Below are positions 8,568-18,396 of a stretch of DNA of 60,516 nt, one piece after another. Each line of letters starts with the position of its first letter. Position 1 is the stretch's first letter. The DNA lies in assembly GCA_041488455.1 (NCBI GenBank), contig JBGPPG010000005.1:1-60516 (forward strand), in the 5' to 3' direction. Position numbers and translations under genes: made by a program. The notes under the pieces were generated by a model. That model saw only the letters and a list, made by a program, of their open reading frames with translations, had not been told where the DNA came from and did no database searches. The DNA comes from Gemmatimonadota bacterium (GTDB lineage Bacteria > Gemmatimonadota > Gemmatimonadetes > Gemmatimonadales > GWC2-71-9).

Positions 8568-8858
8568 ATGGTTCCGAAGTCCGAAGTGCTTGCCGAGCTG
8601 GCCCGGCTGCTCCAGCGGGCGGCTACCGCGCATCATCGCGCGTTCGCCGCCACCGACGGGGCCGACCCCAACTGGCCCGACTGGTACGGCGCCTATCTCG
8701 TCACGCCCCTCGGCATGCTGCTCGGCGTCGAGGTCGTCCCAGAGCGCCTGGCGCGGGAGCTGGTCGAAGTGGATGAGGAGCACCGTCGGCGGGCGCCCGC
8801 GGTGGCCTGGCCGACCTACTACGCCGGCTGGCTCGTCGCCCGCCACCTCCGGGCCTAG
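8568..8858 (+). CDS. hypothetical protein
   Basis: 96 aa, high third-position GC, non-repetitive composition (HHRAFAATDGADPNWPDWYGAYL). Confidence 0.6.
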   Translation: MVPKSEVLAELARLLQRAATAHHRAFAATDGADPNWPDWYGAYLVTPLGMLLGVEVVPERLARELVEVDEEHRRRAPAVAWPTYYAGWLVARHLRA

Positions 8859-8866
8859 CCCCTCAC

Positions 8867-9460
8867 CTACGGGAGCTGGATGCTGAGCGTTGCGGGGATG
8901 GTCCATCGGGGCAGAGCCCCGTCGGAAAGCCACGCCTCCGCGCCCACGCGCACGCCGAGACGCGGGCCGGAGCCGATGAGCCAGCCGGCCCACGCGCCGA
9001 ACATCGGAGAGATGGCGCGGGTTCCCGATGGGCGAGTGAAGAGCCACAGGACGCCGGGCCCTACGGTGAACGAGAGCTTCTCGTGAGGGGTGATCCGGTA
9101 GAGCTGGATTCCCGGAGCGAGCGTCAGGCCGGTAGCGTCACTCTGGCTCGGGGTGATGCAGCCCGTCACCGGGCAGAGCATCGGATCGGCAAAAACGAGG
9201 CTGGGGTGGCCGACCGACGTCAGCTCGAGCTGCGCCACGCCGGCCACATGCGGCGCCAGCCGGCGACCGAGCGATCCAGACACCTGAAACCCGGTTCCGT
9301 TGAGCACGTCGCCGGGCCTGACATCCACGAACGCAAAGCCTGCGCTGAACGCGGCGAATACGGGAGAAGGCTCCTGCGCCTCCGCCAGCGCCGGGTCCGC
9401 GAGACGGGGAACGGCAGCGGCCAGCACGACCAGGAGCGGAAGACGCGCGCGGCCCGTCAT
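8867..9460 (-). CDS. outer-membrane beta-barrel-like secreted protein
   Basis: 197 aa. Signal peptide (LLVVLAAAVP...ALAEAQ) and alternating beta-strand pattern. Confidence 0.6.
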   Translation of the reverse strand: MTGRARLPLLVVLAAAVPRLADPALAEAQEPSPVFAAFSAGFAFVDVRPGDVLNGTGFQVSGSLGRRLAPHVAGVAQLELTSVGHPSLVFADPMLCPVTGCITPSQSDATGLTLAPGIQLYRITPHEKLSFTVGPGVLWLFTRPSGTRAISPMFGAWAGWLIGSGPRLGVRVGAEAWLSDGALPRWTIPATLSIQLP

Positions 9461-9918
9461 GATTCACGCCGCCTGAGGTGGTAGATCAGGTAAGCGACCA
9501 CGGCGAGGTTGAGCACCAGCGCCGCGACGCCTGGGAGGCCTGGACGGCGCACCAGCTCGTAGATCTCGAACGGGACGAACGAGCCCGTCGCGATCACGGT
9601 CAGGTACTCGGCCCATCGCTTCCCCAGCCACAGACCCACGCCCTCGGTCGTGAACAGTCCGGCGTACAGAAAGGCCCCGACGCCAAGGGCCTCGAGGCGC
9701 TCGGGGGTCAGCCGGCTCACCAGTACCAGCACGCCCTGCACCGCGCGGCGGTCCGAGCTCGTGGCGAGCGCCCGCAGCCCCTCCTGCGCTCGCGCCGCGA
9801 CGGACGGGTCGAGCAGCTTGAGGGCGCCCATGCCGACCGCGACCAGAAGAAGCGCCTTCAGGAACTTGAACAGCGCGATGAGCCGCAGGACTCCGGCCTG
9901 TCGGCCGTGCTCGGTCAT
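9457..9918 (-). CDS. DUF2127 family membrane protein
   Basis: 153 aa. LRLIALFKFLKALLLVAVG...EIYEL pattern. Its stop (9457-9459) overlaps the downstream gene's ATG 9460 (tcat 9457-9460); its own ATG 9918 overlaps the upstream stop. Confidence 0.7.
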   Translation of the reverse strand: MTEHGRQAGVLRLIALFKFLKALLLVAVGMGALKLLDPSVAARAQEGLRALATSSDRRAVQGVLVLVSRLTPERLEALGVGAFLYAGLFTTEGVGLWLGKRWAEYLTVIATGSFVPFEIYELVRRPGLPGVAALVLNLAVVAYLIYHLRRRES

Positions 9919-10484
9919 CGAAGGCCGCCCGCTTCGGCTCGGGCGGTCTCCGCGATCCAGTAGTCACCGTAGCGCGTGACGAGCCCGAAGGCATCCACCT
10001 CGAGCGAGGCGACGAACCGCCCGCCGTCGCTCTCGTACCGGTAGCGGTGCTCCCCTTCCCGGCGGTAGAGCTGAGGCAGGGGCTCGAATCGGAGCTCGGG
10101 GAACCGGAGCCACGCGGCACGAGTGGAACTCTCCTCCCCGACGTTCAGCGCGAGCCGTCGCACGGCCAGCAGGTTGGTGGACGGCGTGAAGCCGAGGTCA
10201 ACGTCCAGGCATCCGGCGACCGGATCCCAGTCGACGCCGTTGAGCTGCCAGCCGCCCGCGGTGTCCGCAACGATCTCGAGCCGGACCGTCTCACCGGCGG
10301 CGGTGCCGCGGATCGCGGCGCGGCGTGTCCGCCACCGGTCATCGCAGGCGACCGAGTAGTGCAGATCGTACGGCCGCCCGGCGTAGACCACGAGCACGGC
10401 GCCCTCGATCCGGTACTCCCGCCCCGCCTGGAAGACGCGGGCCAGCTCAGCTCCCGGCACGTCGAGCCGTCGCCAGTAGATCAT
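9915..10484 (-). CDS. putative glycolipid-binding domain protein
   Basis: C-terminal part of track ORF 9915..10724, from MIYWRRLDVPGAE. An alternative GTG 10508 would give a GTGA overlap with the upstream stop. Confidence 0.6.
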   Translation of the reverse strand: MIYWRRLDVPGAELARVFQAGREYRIEGAVLVVYAGRPYDLHYSVACDDRWRTRRAAIRGTAAGETVRLEIVADTAGGWQLNGVDWDPVAGCLDVDLGFTPSTNLLAVRRLALNVGEESSTRAAWLRFPELRFEPLPQLYRREGEHRYRYESDGGRFVASLEVDAFGLVTRYGDYWIAETARAEAGGLR

Positions 10485-10504
10485 CCGGTCGTCGCCCGCA
10501 TCGC

Positions 10505-10891
10505 TCACTGATGGACCCCCGCGGGATAGTGCCTGTGACAGCGGTCGCGCTCCTGCCGCAGCCGGATCGGGTCGAACTCGGTCCACCCCTCCGACTCCTC
10601 GGGCTCGACCCACCACTCGGGCGGCGGGTTGGCCTGGCTGAGCTGAAGCCGGCTGATCTGGCCCATGTTGAGGATGACGACGGGATGCTCTTCCGGCGTC
10701 GTGGCAACCGTGACGACCCGGCACCCCTCGCTGGACTGCACGAGGTGCCCCGGATGCCAGCCGGCAGGGAGGTCGGGAGCAATCACCCTGACCCGAACGT
10801 CCACAGGCACGTCCCCGGGCAGGACGGGCCGAGGGATCTGCACGCAGGCGAACAACGCCGGTGCCGCGAGCACGGGGATCAGGCGCTTCAC
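10505..10891 (-). CDS. lipoprotein, hypothetical
   Basis: 128 aa. Lipobox LFAC after MKRLIPVLAAPA. GTG start overlaps the upstream stop (GTGA). Confidence 0.6.
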   Translation of the reverse strand: MKRLIPVLAAPALFACVQIPRPVLPGDVPVDVRVRVIAPDLPAGWHPGHLVQSSEGCRVVTVATTPEEHPVVILNMGQISRLQLSQANPPPEWWVEPEESEGWTEFDPIRLRQERDRCHRHYPAGVHQ

Positions 10892-11343
10892 GAGCCGAGA
10901 CCGAGGGTCCGCCGAACTTCCGCGTCGTCGGGGACGACCTCGAACGCCCCGATCAGCTCCTGGGGAATCGGGCGGCGCCGGCCCGTTGCGGCGTCAACGA
11001 AGACCCAACGGGTTTCCGCCTCTACCAACACCTGCCGGTCGGCATCTCGAACGAAGAGATAGCGCCTGGGGGTGAACCGCTGATCGAACTGGGGAACCCA
11101 GGTGTGCAGGCTCAGAAGCTCACCGGAGAAGGCCGGCCGGAGGTACTCGATGAAGTGCGACCGGACGACCCAGCCAGCGCCGATCTCGCGGTAGCGCTCC
11201 AGCGGCCACCCGGCCGCCGTCGAGTGCTCGATAGCGATCTCCTGCATCCACGCGACGTAGGCCAGATTGCCAACGTGCCCGTTCGCGTCGATCGCCTGCG
11301 GAGGGACGGCGAACCGCCTGGAATGGATGCGCGATCTGATCAT
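10888..11343 (-). CDS. acyl-CoA thioesterase (4HBT/YbgC-like hotdog fold)
   Basis: 151 aa. DANGHVGNLAYVAWMQE...GWVVRSHFIEYLRPA hotdog thioesterase pattern. Confidence 0.8.
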   Translation of the reverse strand: MIRSRIHSRRFAVPPQAIDANGHVGNLAYVAWMQEIAIEHSTAAGWPLERYREIGAGWVVRSHFIEYLRPAFSGELLSLHTWVPQFDQRFTPRRYLFVRDADRQVLVEAETRWVFVDAATGRRRPIPQELIGAFEVVPDDAEVRRTLGLGS

Positions 11344-11371
11344 GAGGCACCGCGGGGCGCGTGGCGCGCGC

Positions 11372-11749
11372 TCAGCTGCCGGTGGGTACGATCCCCGCCC
11401 CCTCCACCATCAGAATGACCGTGCGCTCCGGCGCCCGTGGCCGGTGCCGGACTCCGCGCGGCACGACGAATCCCTGCCGGGGCAGCAGCTCCACGGTCCG
11501 GTCCTCCAAATCGATGATGAAGCGGCCATCGACGACGTAGAAGAACTCGTCCTCCTCCGCGTGCTCGTGCCAGTGATACTCCCCCTCGACGACGCCGAGG
11601 CGGACGACCGAATCGTTCACCCGGCAGAGGGTCTGGTTGTACCACTTGTGGGTGCACGCATCGACCAGCCCCTGGACATCGATGAGGTCCAGCGCCGGGT
11701 GGAGAACATTGAGGCGGGTCTCGTAGGGGTACGCTGCTGCGTCGGGCAT
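11372..11749 (-). CDS. cupin domain protein
   Basis: Part of track ORF 11372..11890. ATG 11749 has GGAG upstream. GEYHWHEHAEEDEFFYVVDG cupin motif. Confidence 0.75.
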   Translation of the reverse strand: MPDAAAYPYETRLNVLHPALDLIDVQGLVDACTHKWYNQTLCRVNDSVVRLGVVEGEYHWHEHAEEDEFFYVVDGRFIIDLEDRTVELLPRQGFVVPRGVRHRPRAPERTVILMVEGAGIVPTGS

Positions 11750-11867
11750 TGGGTACTCCGGCAGGATAGGTGTTGGGTCGTCCAGGCGCGACGCGTTCCG
11801 CAACGATACCCGCGTCCTCCGGGGTGCCGCCAGCGCGTCCCGGGTTGGGACGCGCCGGCGGCTCGCG

Positions 11868-12416
11868 TCAGGGCGCCCGCTCGTGCCCACCGACCCAGGA
11901 GCTTGGCAGCTTGTTGTTCGTACGCTCGTCGTCCCATACGGCTCCGGTAATCCACCAGCGGGTGCCGTCCCAGTAGAGCGTGAGGTAGTTCACGCCGCGG
12001 CCGAGCAGCGGGCCGCTTGCCGTGTGCCGGGTCTCGTACGCGCTCCGGACCTGGGCCACGTTGCCGAATCGCTCGATGCGGGAGCCGATCTCGGTCTCGT
12101 AGAAGCCCTTCGCGACGAAGCCGTCGTTGGTGGCGCGACGGAACTGCTCCGGCGTCTGGATGGTCGCGACGGGCTTGCCGTTGCGCTCGTCCATGGCGAC
12201 GAACGTGGCCTGGGTCGTGTAGAGCGTGCTGTCCCGGCGCCACTGCCGCGGCGCACCCGGCGGACCGTTGATGACGTCATAGTAGGCGTGGACGATGCCC
12301 TCGATCGTACCCACGTCTGCGGCATCGGCGGCCGGCATCTGGCCGGAAGCGACCGGCACGGAGACAATGGCGGAGAGCGCCCAGAGCGACGTGAGAACGC
12401 GGGTACCGACTGGCAT
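11868..12416 (-). CDS. secreted NTF2/SnoaL-like (DUF4440-type) protein
   Basis: 182 aa. Signal peptide, then IVHAYYDVING...LTLYWDGTRWWITG pattern. Confidence 0.6.
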   Translation of the reverse strand: MPVGTRVLTSLWALSAIVSVPVASGQMPAADAADVGTIEGIVHAYYDVINGPPGAPRQWRRDSTLYTTQATFVAMDERNGKPVATIQTPEQFRRATNDGFVAKGFYETEIGSRIERFGNVAQVRSAYETRHTASGPLLGRGVNYLTLYWDGTRWWITGAVWDDERTNNKLPSSWVGGHERAP

Positions 12417-12476
12417 TGAGGCTCCTCGTATGGGTGGAGTTCGATCGCAGCGACGTCGGGCGTCACCCTCGGCGGA

Positions 12477-13109
12477 TCACTCCGCCCGCAGTCGCGCCAG
12501 GTGCTCTTCTGCCTCTGCCACGAGCGGCTGCAGCTCGGGATCGGCATCCTTCCACAGATCCACGAACCGCGCGTAATGGTGCGCGGTACTCGCGGCCGGA
12601 CGCCACTCGTCCGCCAGCAGCGCCCAACGCTCGTGATCCCGCCAGCGGCCGGCGATCTTGAGGTACCGCAGCGACCGTCCCTCGCAGCGGAAGCCGGCCC
12701 GGCGGACGAGTGCCAGCGACGCCTGATTCTCGGGCAGGATGTTGGCTTCCACCCGATGAAGTCGCAGTCTGCGGAAGGCCAGGCGGAGCATCAGGTGAAG
12801 CGCCTCGGTCATGTAGCCCTGCCCCGCATACGCCTCGCCGATGTAATAGCCGAGATAGCCGCTCTTAAAGAATCCCCAGACGATCTCGCTGATGTTGATC
12901 GCGCCGAGCAGCGCATCGTCGCCCCGGCGCCAGATCAGGCGGCAGACGGCCGTCGGGGTCTTCGCCCGGGCCAGGTAGGCCCGAAACGCGGCGGTCGTGC
13001 CCCTGGTGGTGATCCGGCCGGTGTAGAATCCGCGGCTGCCGCGGACGAGATCGCACCAGGCCGCGCGATCCTCCGGACGGGGCGGCCGCAGCAGGATCCG
13101 GCTAGACAC
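12477..13109 (-). CDS. GNAT family N-acetyltransferase (RimJ/RimL-like) with C-terminal extension
   Basis: C-terminal 210 aa of track ORF 12477..13499. GTG 13109 gives MSSRILLRPPRPED. HRVEANILPENQASLALVRRAGF GNAT motif. Confidence 0.75.
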   Translation of the reverse strand: MSSRILLRPPRPEDRAAWCDLVRGSRGFYTGRITTRGTTAAFRAYLARAKTPTAVCRLIWRRGDDALLGAINISEIVWGFFKSGYLGYYIGEAYAGQGYMTEALHLMLRLAFRRLRLHRVEANILPENQASLALVRRAGFRCEGRSLRYLKIAGRWRDHERWALLADEWRPAASTAHHYARFVDLWKDADPELQPLVAEAEEHLARLRAE

Positions 13110-13548
13110 CGAACTGAGTGAAGTGATGATCCACGTGCCGGTAGCCCAGCACACCCCAGGCCCGCGACGACAGGCGTCCGAACGCGGGATGCAGCGGCCA
13201 ATCGCGCCGGCCCGCGCAGGCGCCCACCCGCTCGAGGAGCCCGGGGAACGCGGCGACCTCGGCGTCCCACTGGGCATTGTCGACGCGCGCGAGCAGCTCG
13301 CGGGACGTGGGCGCGCCTTTGGGAAAGGGAAGCACGTAGACGAGGAGCTGCTTGAGCGGCGGATAGCGGAGGGGCAGGTCCATCGGGGCGGTAGGCAGGT
13401 CGCCCAGCGCCATGCGCAGGCCGTCGTTGACGTGGGCGAGCATCTGGGGTGCGGTGAATCGTCCCCACCGGGGCGGCGCGTCCGATTGCAGGTGGGCAAG
13501 ACGCTCGCTCAGCGCCCTGCGCGCATCAGTCTGGAAGAGACTCGGCAT
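13102..13548 (-). CDS. DinB-superfamily protein (DUF1569-like)
   Basis: 148 aa. WGRFTAPQMLAHVND...HVDHHFTQFGV pattern. Confidence 0.7.
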   Translation of the reverse strand: MPSLFQTDARRALSERLAHLQSDAPPRWGRFTAPQMLAHVNDGLRMALGDLPTAPMDLPLRYPPLKQLLVYVLPFPKGAPTSRELLARVDNAQWDAEVAAFPGLLERVGACAGRRDWPLHPAFGRLSSRAWGVLGYRHVDHHFTQFGV

Positions 13549-13569
13549 GGACCGTCCCGCGCCGCAGCG

Positions 13570-14004
13570 TCACTTCGGCCGAATGTAGTACCCCGAGACC
13601 CGCCACTTGCCGTCCGGGTCTTTCATCGGCGTCACCGTCTCGACCACGGTCAGGCCGCCCCCCGCCTTGGTCTCGTACTGAATGACCACGTACGCGCCGC
13701 GCGGCGCGTTCGGCAGGGTCGTGGCGAAGGTGGCGCTGAGCAGTTTCCGCGGACCGAGAGGCTCGATCGGCCCGCGCGTCTTGCGCACTGTGCTTCCCCA
13801 GGCGGGTTTCTCCACCCGGGTCCGGAAGACGAGCGCCGCGTTGTCCCAGCTCGCGTCGTAGTTTCCCGCATCGACCAGCGCCAGCCATGCCTTTGCAGCC
13901 GATTGCGCCGCGGACACCGCAGCGGCGGCATCCGGCGCCTGGGCGCGCACCGGCCGGGTGAAGAGCAGTGCCGCCAGCAGGATCAGCGCGTCGCGGGGCC
14001 TCAT
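13570..14004 (-). CDS. DUF4019-like secreted protein
   Basis: 144 aa. Signal peptide ending VRAQA, then WLALVDAGNYDASWD...WRVSGYYIRP. Confidence 0.65.
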   Translation of the reverse strand: MRPRDALILLAALLFTRPVRAQAPDAAAAVSAAQSAAKAWLALVDAGNYDASWDNAALVFRTRVEKPAWGSTVRKTRGPIEPLGPRKLLSATFATTLPNAPRGAYVVIQYETKAGGGLTVVETVTPMKDPDGKWRVSGYYIRPK

Positions 14005-14037
14005 GCTTCCTCCTTGTCGCCTGAAGTATACTCTGCC

Positions 14038-15156
14038 TCAGCGATGCGGTGCGCGCGAACCCAGCACGATCTTGGTGAGATCGCCCGCGAGATCGCCGCG
14101 ATCGGGCACCGCCTCGAGATTCATCATGAAGGCCACGACGAATCGCTTCTCCGGAAGCAGGTAGAGGAGGGCGCAAGCCTGCGGCGTACCCCCGCCATGC
14201 ATGACCTCCTGCACCCCGTACCAGTCCGAGATAGCCCATCCGAGGGCGTACGAATCGTTTTCGAGCGGCTGCCCGCTCGCGCCGTTCGGGATGCGGAACA
14301 TGAGCTGCCGGGTGCTGTCGCGGACCAGCGTCCCATCGAGCACGCTCGTGCCGAAGCGCACGAGGTCCTCGGCCGTTGACACGAACCCGCCGGCAGGGAT
14401 CCGGTTGCTCATGTCGTCGTGCACCGAGTTCCGGAGCCGCCCCGCATCGTCCAGGGCGTAGCCGCTGACGCGGTGTGGAATGATCTCGCGGGCGTCGTCC
14501 AGCCGGGTGTGGCGCATGCCGGCCGGGCCGAACACGTGTCGGGTCATGTAGTCCAGGTAGGCTGTTCCCGCGGCGCCCTCGATCACGCATCCGAGGACGT
14601 CATAGCCATACGACGTGTATCCGAACGCCGTGCCCGGCTGAAAGATCAGCGAATCGGCGCCGAAGATGGAGAGCGCGGCCACGATCGTGTCGAAGTGGCG
14701 GTAGTTGGTTTCCTCGTCCGGCGTCTTGTCCCGAACGCCCGCCATGTGGGCCAGGAGCTGGCGGGGGGTCACCGGCCAGGGCTTGCTCGGAAAGGCCGGG
14801 CAGTAGGTCTGCACCGGCGCATCGAGATCCAGTTTGCCGTCCTGCCAGAGCTGCATGACCGCGGTCGCGGTCATGGGCTTGCCGATCGAGCCGGTACGGA
14901 ACGCGGAGACCGTCGTCACCGGCACGTTGTTCTCGAGGTCGGCAGAGCCGTACCCGCGCGCCCAGGTGACCCGCCCCTCCTCGCCGATCGCCAGCGACAA
15001 GCCCGGCACGTGGTGCGCGGCCATGTAGGCCGCCACGGTCGAGTCTACGCGGCGGATGACTGGGCCGGACAGGGTGGGGGAGCGCTGCCCGAACGCGACC
15101 GTGAGGGGCGCGACGAGAAGCACGGCGGTGAGCTGGAGCGAGGAAGCGGGGCGCAT
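14038..15156 (-). CDS. secreted serine hydrolase (class C beta-lactamase/PBP family)
   Basis: C-terminal 372 aa of track ORF 14038..15930, from MRPASSLQLTAVLLV. SIGK (SxxK) active-site motif. Confidence 0.8.
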   Translation of the reverse strand: MRPASSLQLTAVLLVAPLTVAFGQRSPTLSGPVIRRVDSTVAAYMAAHHVPGLSLAIGEEGRVTWARGYGSADLENNVPVTTVSAFRTGSIGKPMTATAVMQLWQDGKLDLDAPVQTYCPAFPSKPWPVTPRQLLAHMAGVRDKTPDEETNYRHFDTIVAALSIFGADSLIFQPGTAFGYTSYGYDVLGCVIEGAAGTAYLDYMTRHVFGPAGMRHTRLDDAREIIPHRVSGYALDDAGRLRNSVHDDMSNRIPAGGFVSTAEDLVRFGTSVLDGTLVRDSTRQLMFRIPNGASGQPLENDSYALGWAISDWYGVQEVMHGGGTPQACALLYLLPEKRFVVAFMMNLEAVPDRGDLAGDLTKIVLGSRAPHR

Positions 15157-15218
15157 GGCGGGACGATAGCCGCACCCGCACGGCGCGTCTATCAAGATCG
15201 CAAGGGCGTGATACGTCC

Positions 15219-16046
15219 CTAAGGTTTCCCGGTGAGCCGGCGGTAGCCGAGCGGCGTGAGGCCGGTCACCCGCCGGAAGACACCGGTGAAGTGCGATTGG
15301 CTGGAGAAGCCGTGCGTGAGGGCGATTTCGCTGATGCGGCGGGCGGGATCCCGAAGCGCCAGGCGCGCGGCGTCGAGCCGGCGCGCCCGCACGTACGAGC
15401 CGACCGACGCGCCGAACGCCTTCCGGAATGCCGCCGCCAGGTACACGGGATGCACGCCCGCGTCCGCGGCGAGGCCGGAAAGCGTGATTCGCGTGCTGAA
15501 CCCGGCATCCAGCGACTCGCGCGTGCGCAGGAGCCATGGTGGGCAACGCCGGTCCAATCGTGGCTCCCGGGCGCGGACGAACTCCGCCCCCAGCGCGAGC
15601 ACGAGTCCCTCGAGCGCCAACGGCGTCGTCTCGTCCGGGTTTCTGAACTCTCGCAGGGCGTGCTCCAGGAGCCATCGGGGCCGCGGCCCTGCATGATCGA
15701 TCGCGCAATCGCGGTCGAGCCGCTCCAGGCCTACGTCCCCGAGCCAGGCGGGGTCGGGCTCGACGATGAAGCAGGCCGCGCCGCGGGGCGAGATGCGATC
15801 GGAATGCTCGACGCCGGAAGGTCGGAAGACCGCCACCGACGACCGGTAGACGACCTCGCGCCGGCGGAACCGCTGGACATACCGTCCCCGCAGCACGAGG
15901 CAGAAGGCCGGCGCCTCGTGCGCGTGCCACGGAGTCCGTAGCCCGGCCGGATAACGTGCATCCGTGAGGATGAAGCGGCCCAGGCCGCTGCTTCGGTCGG
16001 CGGTGCCGAAGTGCCAGCCGGGGCGGACGGAGCGCGACGCCTGCAT
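15219..16046 (-). CDS. AraC family transcriptional regulator
   Basis: 275 aa from ATG 16046 in track ORF 15219..16196. C-terminal AraC HTH (ISEIALTHGFSSQSHFTGVFRRVTG). Confidence 0.8.
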   Translation of the reverse strand: MQASRSVRPGWHFGTADRSSGLGRFILTDARYPAGLRTPWHAHEAPAFCLVLRGRYVQRFRRREVVYRSSVAVFRPSGVEHSDRISPRGAACFIVEPDPAWLGDVGLERLDRDCAIDHAGPRPRWLLEHALREFRNPDETTPLALEGLVLALGAEFVRAREPRLDRRCPPWLLRTRESLDAGFSTRITLSGLAADAGVHPVYLAAAFRKAFGASVGSYVRARRLDAARLALRDPARRISEIALTHGFSSQSHFTGVFRRVTGLTPLGYRRLTGKP

Positions 16047-16048
16047 GC

Positions 16049-16702
16049 TTACCGCCGCCGGGCGAGCAGCAGCCCGTCTCTGATCGGGACCACGGACGCG
16101 GTCCACGCCGGGTCGGAGGTGACGAGCCGGGTCAGCTCCCGCACGCCTTCGGTGTCGGCGGAGCGGTCGGCAGCATCGAAGATCTGCCCGTGCCACAGGA
16201 GATTGTCCACCAGCAGCACGCCGCCGGGACGCAGCCGCTCCCGGATGACCGGCAGGGCCGCGGGATAGCCGGCCTTGTCGATGTCGTTGAAGACGAGATC
16301 GAACGGGCCGGGCGTGTCGCGCAGCGTCTGCACCGCCTCGCCGACGTGGAACTCGACGAGATCGGCGAGACCCATTGCGCCGAGGTGCACGCGGGCCCGC
16401 TCGGAGAGGGCGGCATCCCAGACCGTGTGGTGCACGACACCGCCACCACTACCGCCACCGCTCTCCCGGACGGCGCGGGCAAACCACGCTGTGGAATAGC
16501 CGAAGCCGGAGCCGAGCTCGAACACGCTCCTGGCCTGGACCAGGCGGGCGATGAGATAGCAGAAATACCCGGCGGCCGGGCCGATGATCGGAAAATCAGT
16601 CTCGGCCGCCTCGGCCTCCATCGCGGCGAGCCGGGCGTCTCTCGCCGGGACCAGCGAGTCCAGGTAGGCGGTGACCGCGGGATGGATCGGCTCGAGGGGC
16701 AT
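16049..16702 (-). CDS. class I SAM-dependent O-methyltransferase (family 3)
   Basis: 217 aa. VFELGSGFGYST SAM motif and DLVFNDIDKAGY. Confidence 0.8.
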   Translation of the reverse strand: MPLEPIHPAVTAYLDSLVPARDARLAAMEAEAAETDFPIIGPAAGYFCYLIARLVQARSVFELGSGFGYSTAWFARAVRESGGGSGGGVVHHTVWDAALSERARVHLGAMGLADLVEFHVGEAVQTLRDTPGPFDLVFNDIDKAGYPAALPVIRERLRPGGVLLVDNLLWHGQIFDAADRSADTEGVRELTRLVTSDPAWTASVVPIRDGLLLARRR

Positions 16703-16720
16703 GGCGCCGGCGTCAGGCCG

Positions 16721-17200
16721 CTATCGTGCGCCCGTCGCCGTCGGCGACGGGAGCACGGCGACCGCCTCGATCTCGATGAGCAGGTCCGCCCGGGCCAGGG
16801 TGGCGACCGGGATCAGCGTGTTGGCGGGTGGGTGCTCCTGATCGAAGTAGCGCGCTCTGAGCTCGCGCAGCGCCGCGACCTGCTTGATATCCGTGATGAG
16901 CGTGGTCGTCTTCACCACATCGGAAAAGCTTCCGCCGACGCTCGCGAGCGCGAGGCGCAGGTTGGCGAACACCTTCTCCGCTTGCGCGTGGAAGTCGCCG
17001 GCCCCGACCACCTGACCCGTACTGTCGAACGCGACCTGGCCCGCGATGTACACCGTGCGCCCGTCGGCGGCCACGACCACGTGGGTGTACCCGGTGGGCT
17101 TGGTGAGGCCCGGGGGGTTAACGTAGCGAACGGGGGCCTGCGCCTCCGCCATCGATCCGGGCAGCAGGGCCAGCATGATGAGGAGCGCCCGATGCAGCAT
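16721..17200 (-). CDS. RidA/YjgF family protein with signal peptide
   Basis: 159 aa. VYIAGQVAFD...VVKTTTLITD...IEIEAVAV pattern. Confidence 0.8.
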   Translation of the reverse strand: MLHRALLIMLALLPGSMAEAQAPVRYVNPPGLTKPTGYTHVVVAADGRTVYIAGQVAFDSTGQVVGAGDFHAQAEKVFANLRLALASVGGSFSDVVKTTTLITDIKQVAALRELRARYFDQEHPPANTLIPVATLARADLLIEIEAVAVLPSPTATGAR

Positions 17201-17295
17201 CAGTGGAGCCTTTCAGCAGGGGTGGAATCCCGGTTCTCGGCCTCGGAACACTACGGCGAAGGCGCCGTGGGAGTGTCCGCCCCTCCGGAGATCCT

Positions 17296-17571
17296 ATGAC
17301 CGTTCAGCACGACCCGGCCGGCCAGCGCTTCGTGGCCGACACACCGGGCGGCCAGGCGGAGCTGGTGTACAGCTTCTTCAGCGAGACGGTGCTCAACATC
17401 GAGCATACCGAGGTGCCGGCGGGCGCCCGCGGCCTCCACGTCGGCGACGCCCTCATCCGTGCGGCGCTGGCCTATGCCCGGGAGCGGGGGTATCTGGTGA
17501 TGGCCACCTGTCCGTTCGCGCAGCGCTGGCTCGCGGCACATCCCGGGGAACGGCCGCCTGGCCCGTCGTGA
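17296..17571 (+). CDS. small GNAT-like acetyltransferase (YjdJ type)
   Basis: 91 aa from ATG 17296 (GGAG 5 nt upstream) in track ORF 17203..17571. HTEVPAGARGLHVGDALIRAALAYARERG...CPF. Confidence 0.7.
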   Translation: MTVQHDPAGQRFVADTPGGQAELVYSFFSETVLNIEHTEVPAGARGLHVGDALIRAALAYARERGYLVMATCPFAQRWLAAHPGERPPGPS

Positions 17572-17586
17572 CCGCTCCCGCTGGCG

Positions 17587-18018
17587 CTAGGCTTGCTCCC
17601 AGGGGTCGTACGTGCCGATGGTCCAGAGGTGCCCCTCGAGATCCCGGCAGCTGAAGCCGCGCCCGCCGTAGTCCTCATCCTTGATGTCCAGAACGATTTC
17701 GGTCTTCGCGGCCTTCACCCGGGCGTAGACCGCGTCCGCGTCCGGGACGATCACGTACGAGCTCTGGGTCTCGGCGCCTCCGATCTCATCGGGCTGCCGC
17801 ATCAGGCGCCCGAAGGGCGAGTCGACGACCGACCCCACCATGATCATCCCCCCGCCGAGTCTGAGCTGTGAGTGGGCGATGGTCCCGTCCGGATTGGGCA
17901 CGACGAGCTGCCGCTCGAAGCCGAACACCCGGCAGAGCCAATCGATCGCCGCGGGCGCGTCGCGGTATCGCAGGCAGGGGATCACCGTCGTTCTGGTTGC
18001 TCTGGCGATGGCTGGCAT
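17587..18018 (-). CDS. VOC (glyoxalase/bleomycin-resistance) family protein
   Basis: 143 aa. VIPCLRYRDAPAAIDWL...DLEGHLWTIGTY pattern. Confidence 0.8.
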   Translation of the reverse strand: MPAIARATRTTVIPCLRYRDAPAAIDWLCRVFGFERQLVVPNPDGTIAHSQLRLGGGMIMVGSVVDSPFGRLMRQPDEIGGAETQSSYVIVPDADAVYARVKAAKTEIVLDIKDEDYGGRGFSCRDLEGHLWTIGTYDPWEQA

Positions 18019-18068
18019 GCTGGTTCTCCTTTCGGACTAGTGGCGCCGCCCCCCGATCACGTATGTGC

Positions 18069-18383
18069 TCATCGAGCGTCGCCTCCCCGGGCGCGTCGCC
18101 CGCGGGCCCGCCACCACGCCACGAGCCCGACCCCGGTTGCGATGTACAACACGGGGCCCAGCAGCAGGAGGTCGACGCGGATCGGGGCGGTGACGGTCTT
18201 GGACCAGAAGTACATGTAAGTCTCGTACGCGGCGTAGAGGGCCCAGAGCACCGCGACGCCAACGAGCAGGCGGGGCGCGCGGGGACGGACCGCCCGATAG
18301 CCCAGCCAGAAGAGCAGCGCCGGGACCAGCGCGAGGTAGGGCCGCTCGAGGAGCAGCCGCATCGGGGCGTAGAAGAGGTCCAC
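18069..18383 (-). CDS. membrane protein, hypothetical
   Basis: 104 aa, three predicted TM helices. Confidence 0.5.
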   Translation of the reverse strand: MDLFYAPMRLLLERPYLALVPALLFWLGYRAVRPRAPRLLVGVAVLWALYAAYETYMYFWSKTVTAPIRVDLLLLGPVLYIATGVGLVAWWRARGRRARGGDAR

Positions 18384-18396
18384 GGCGGCTCCGGAA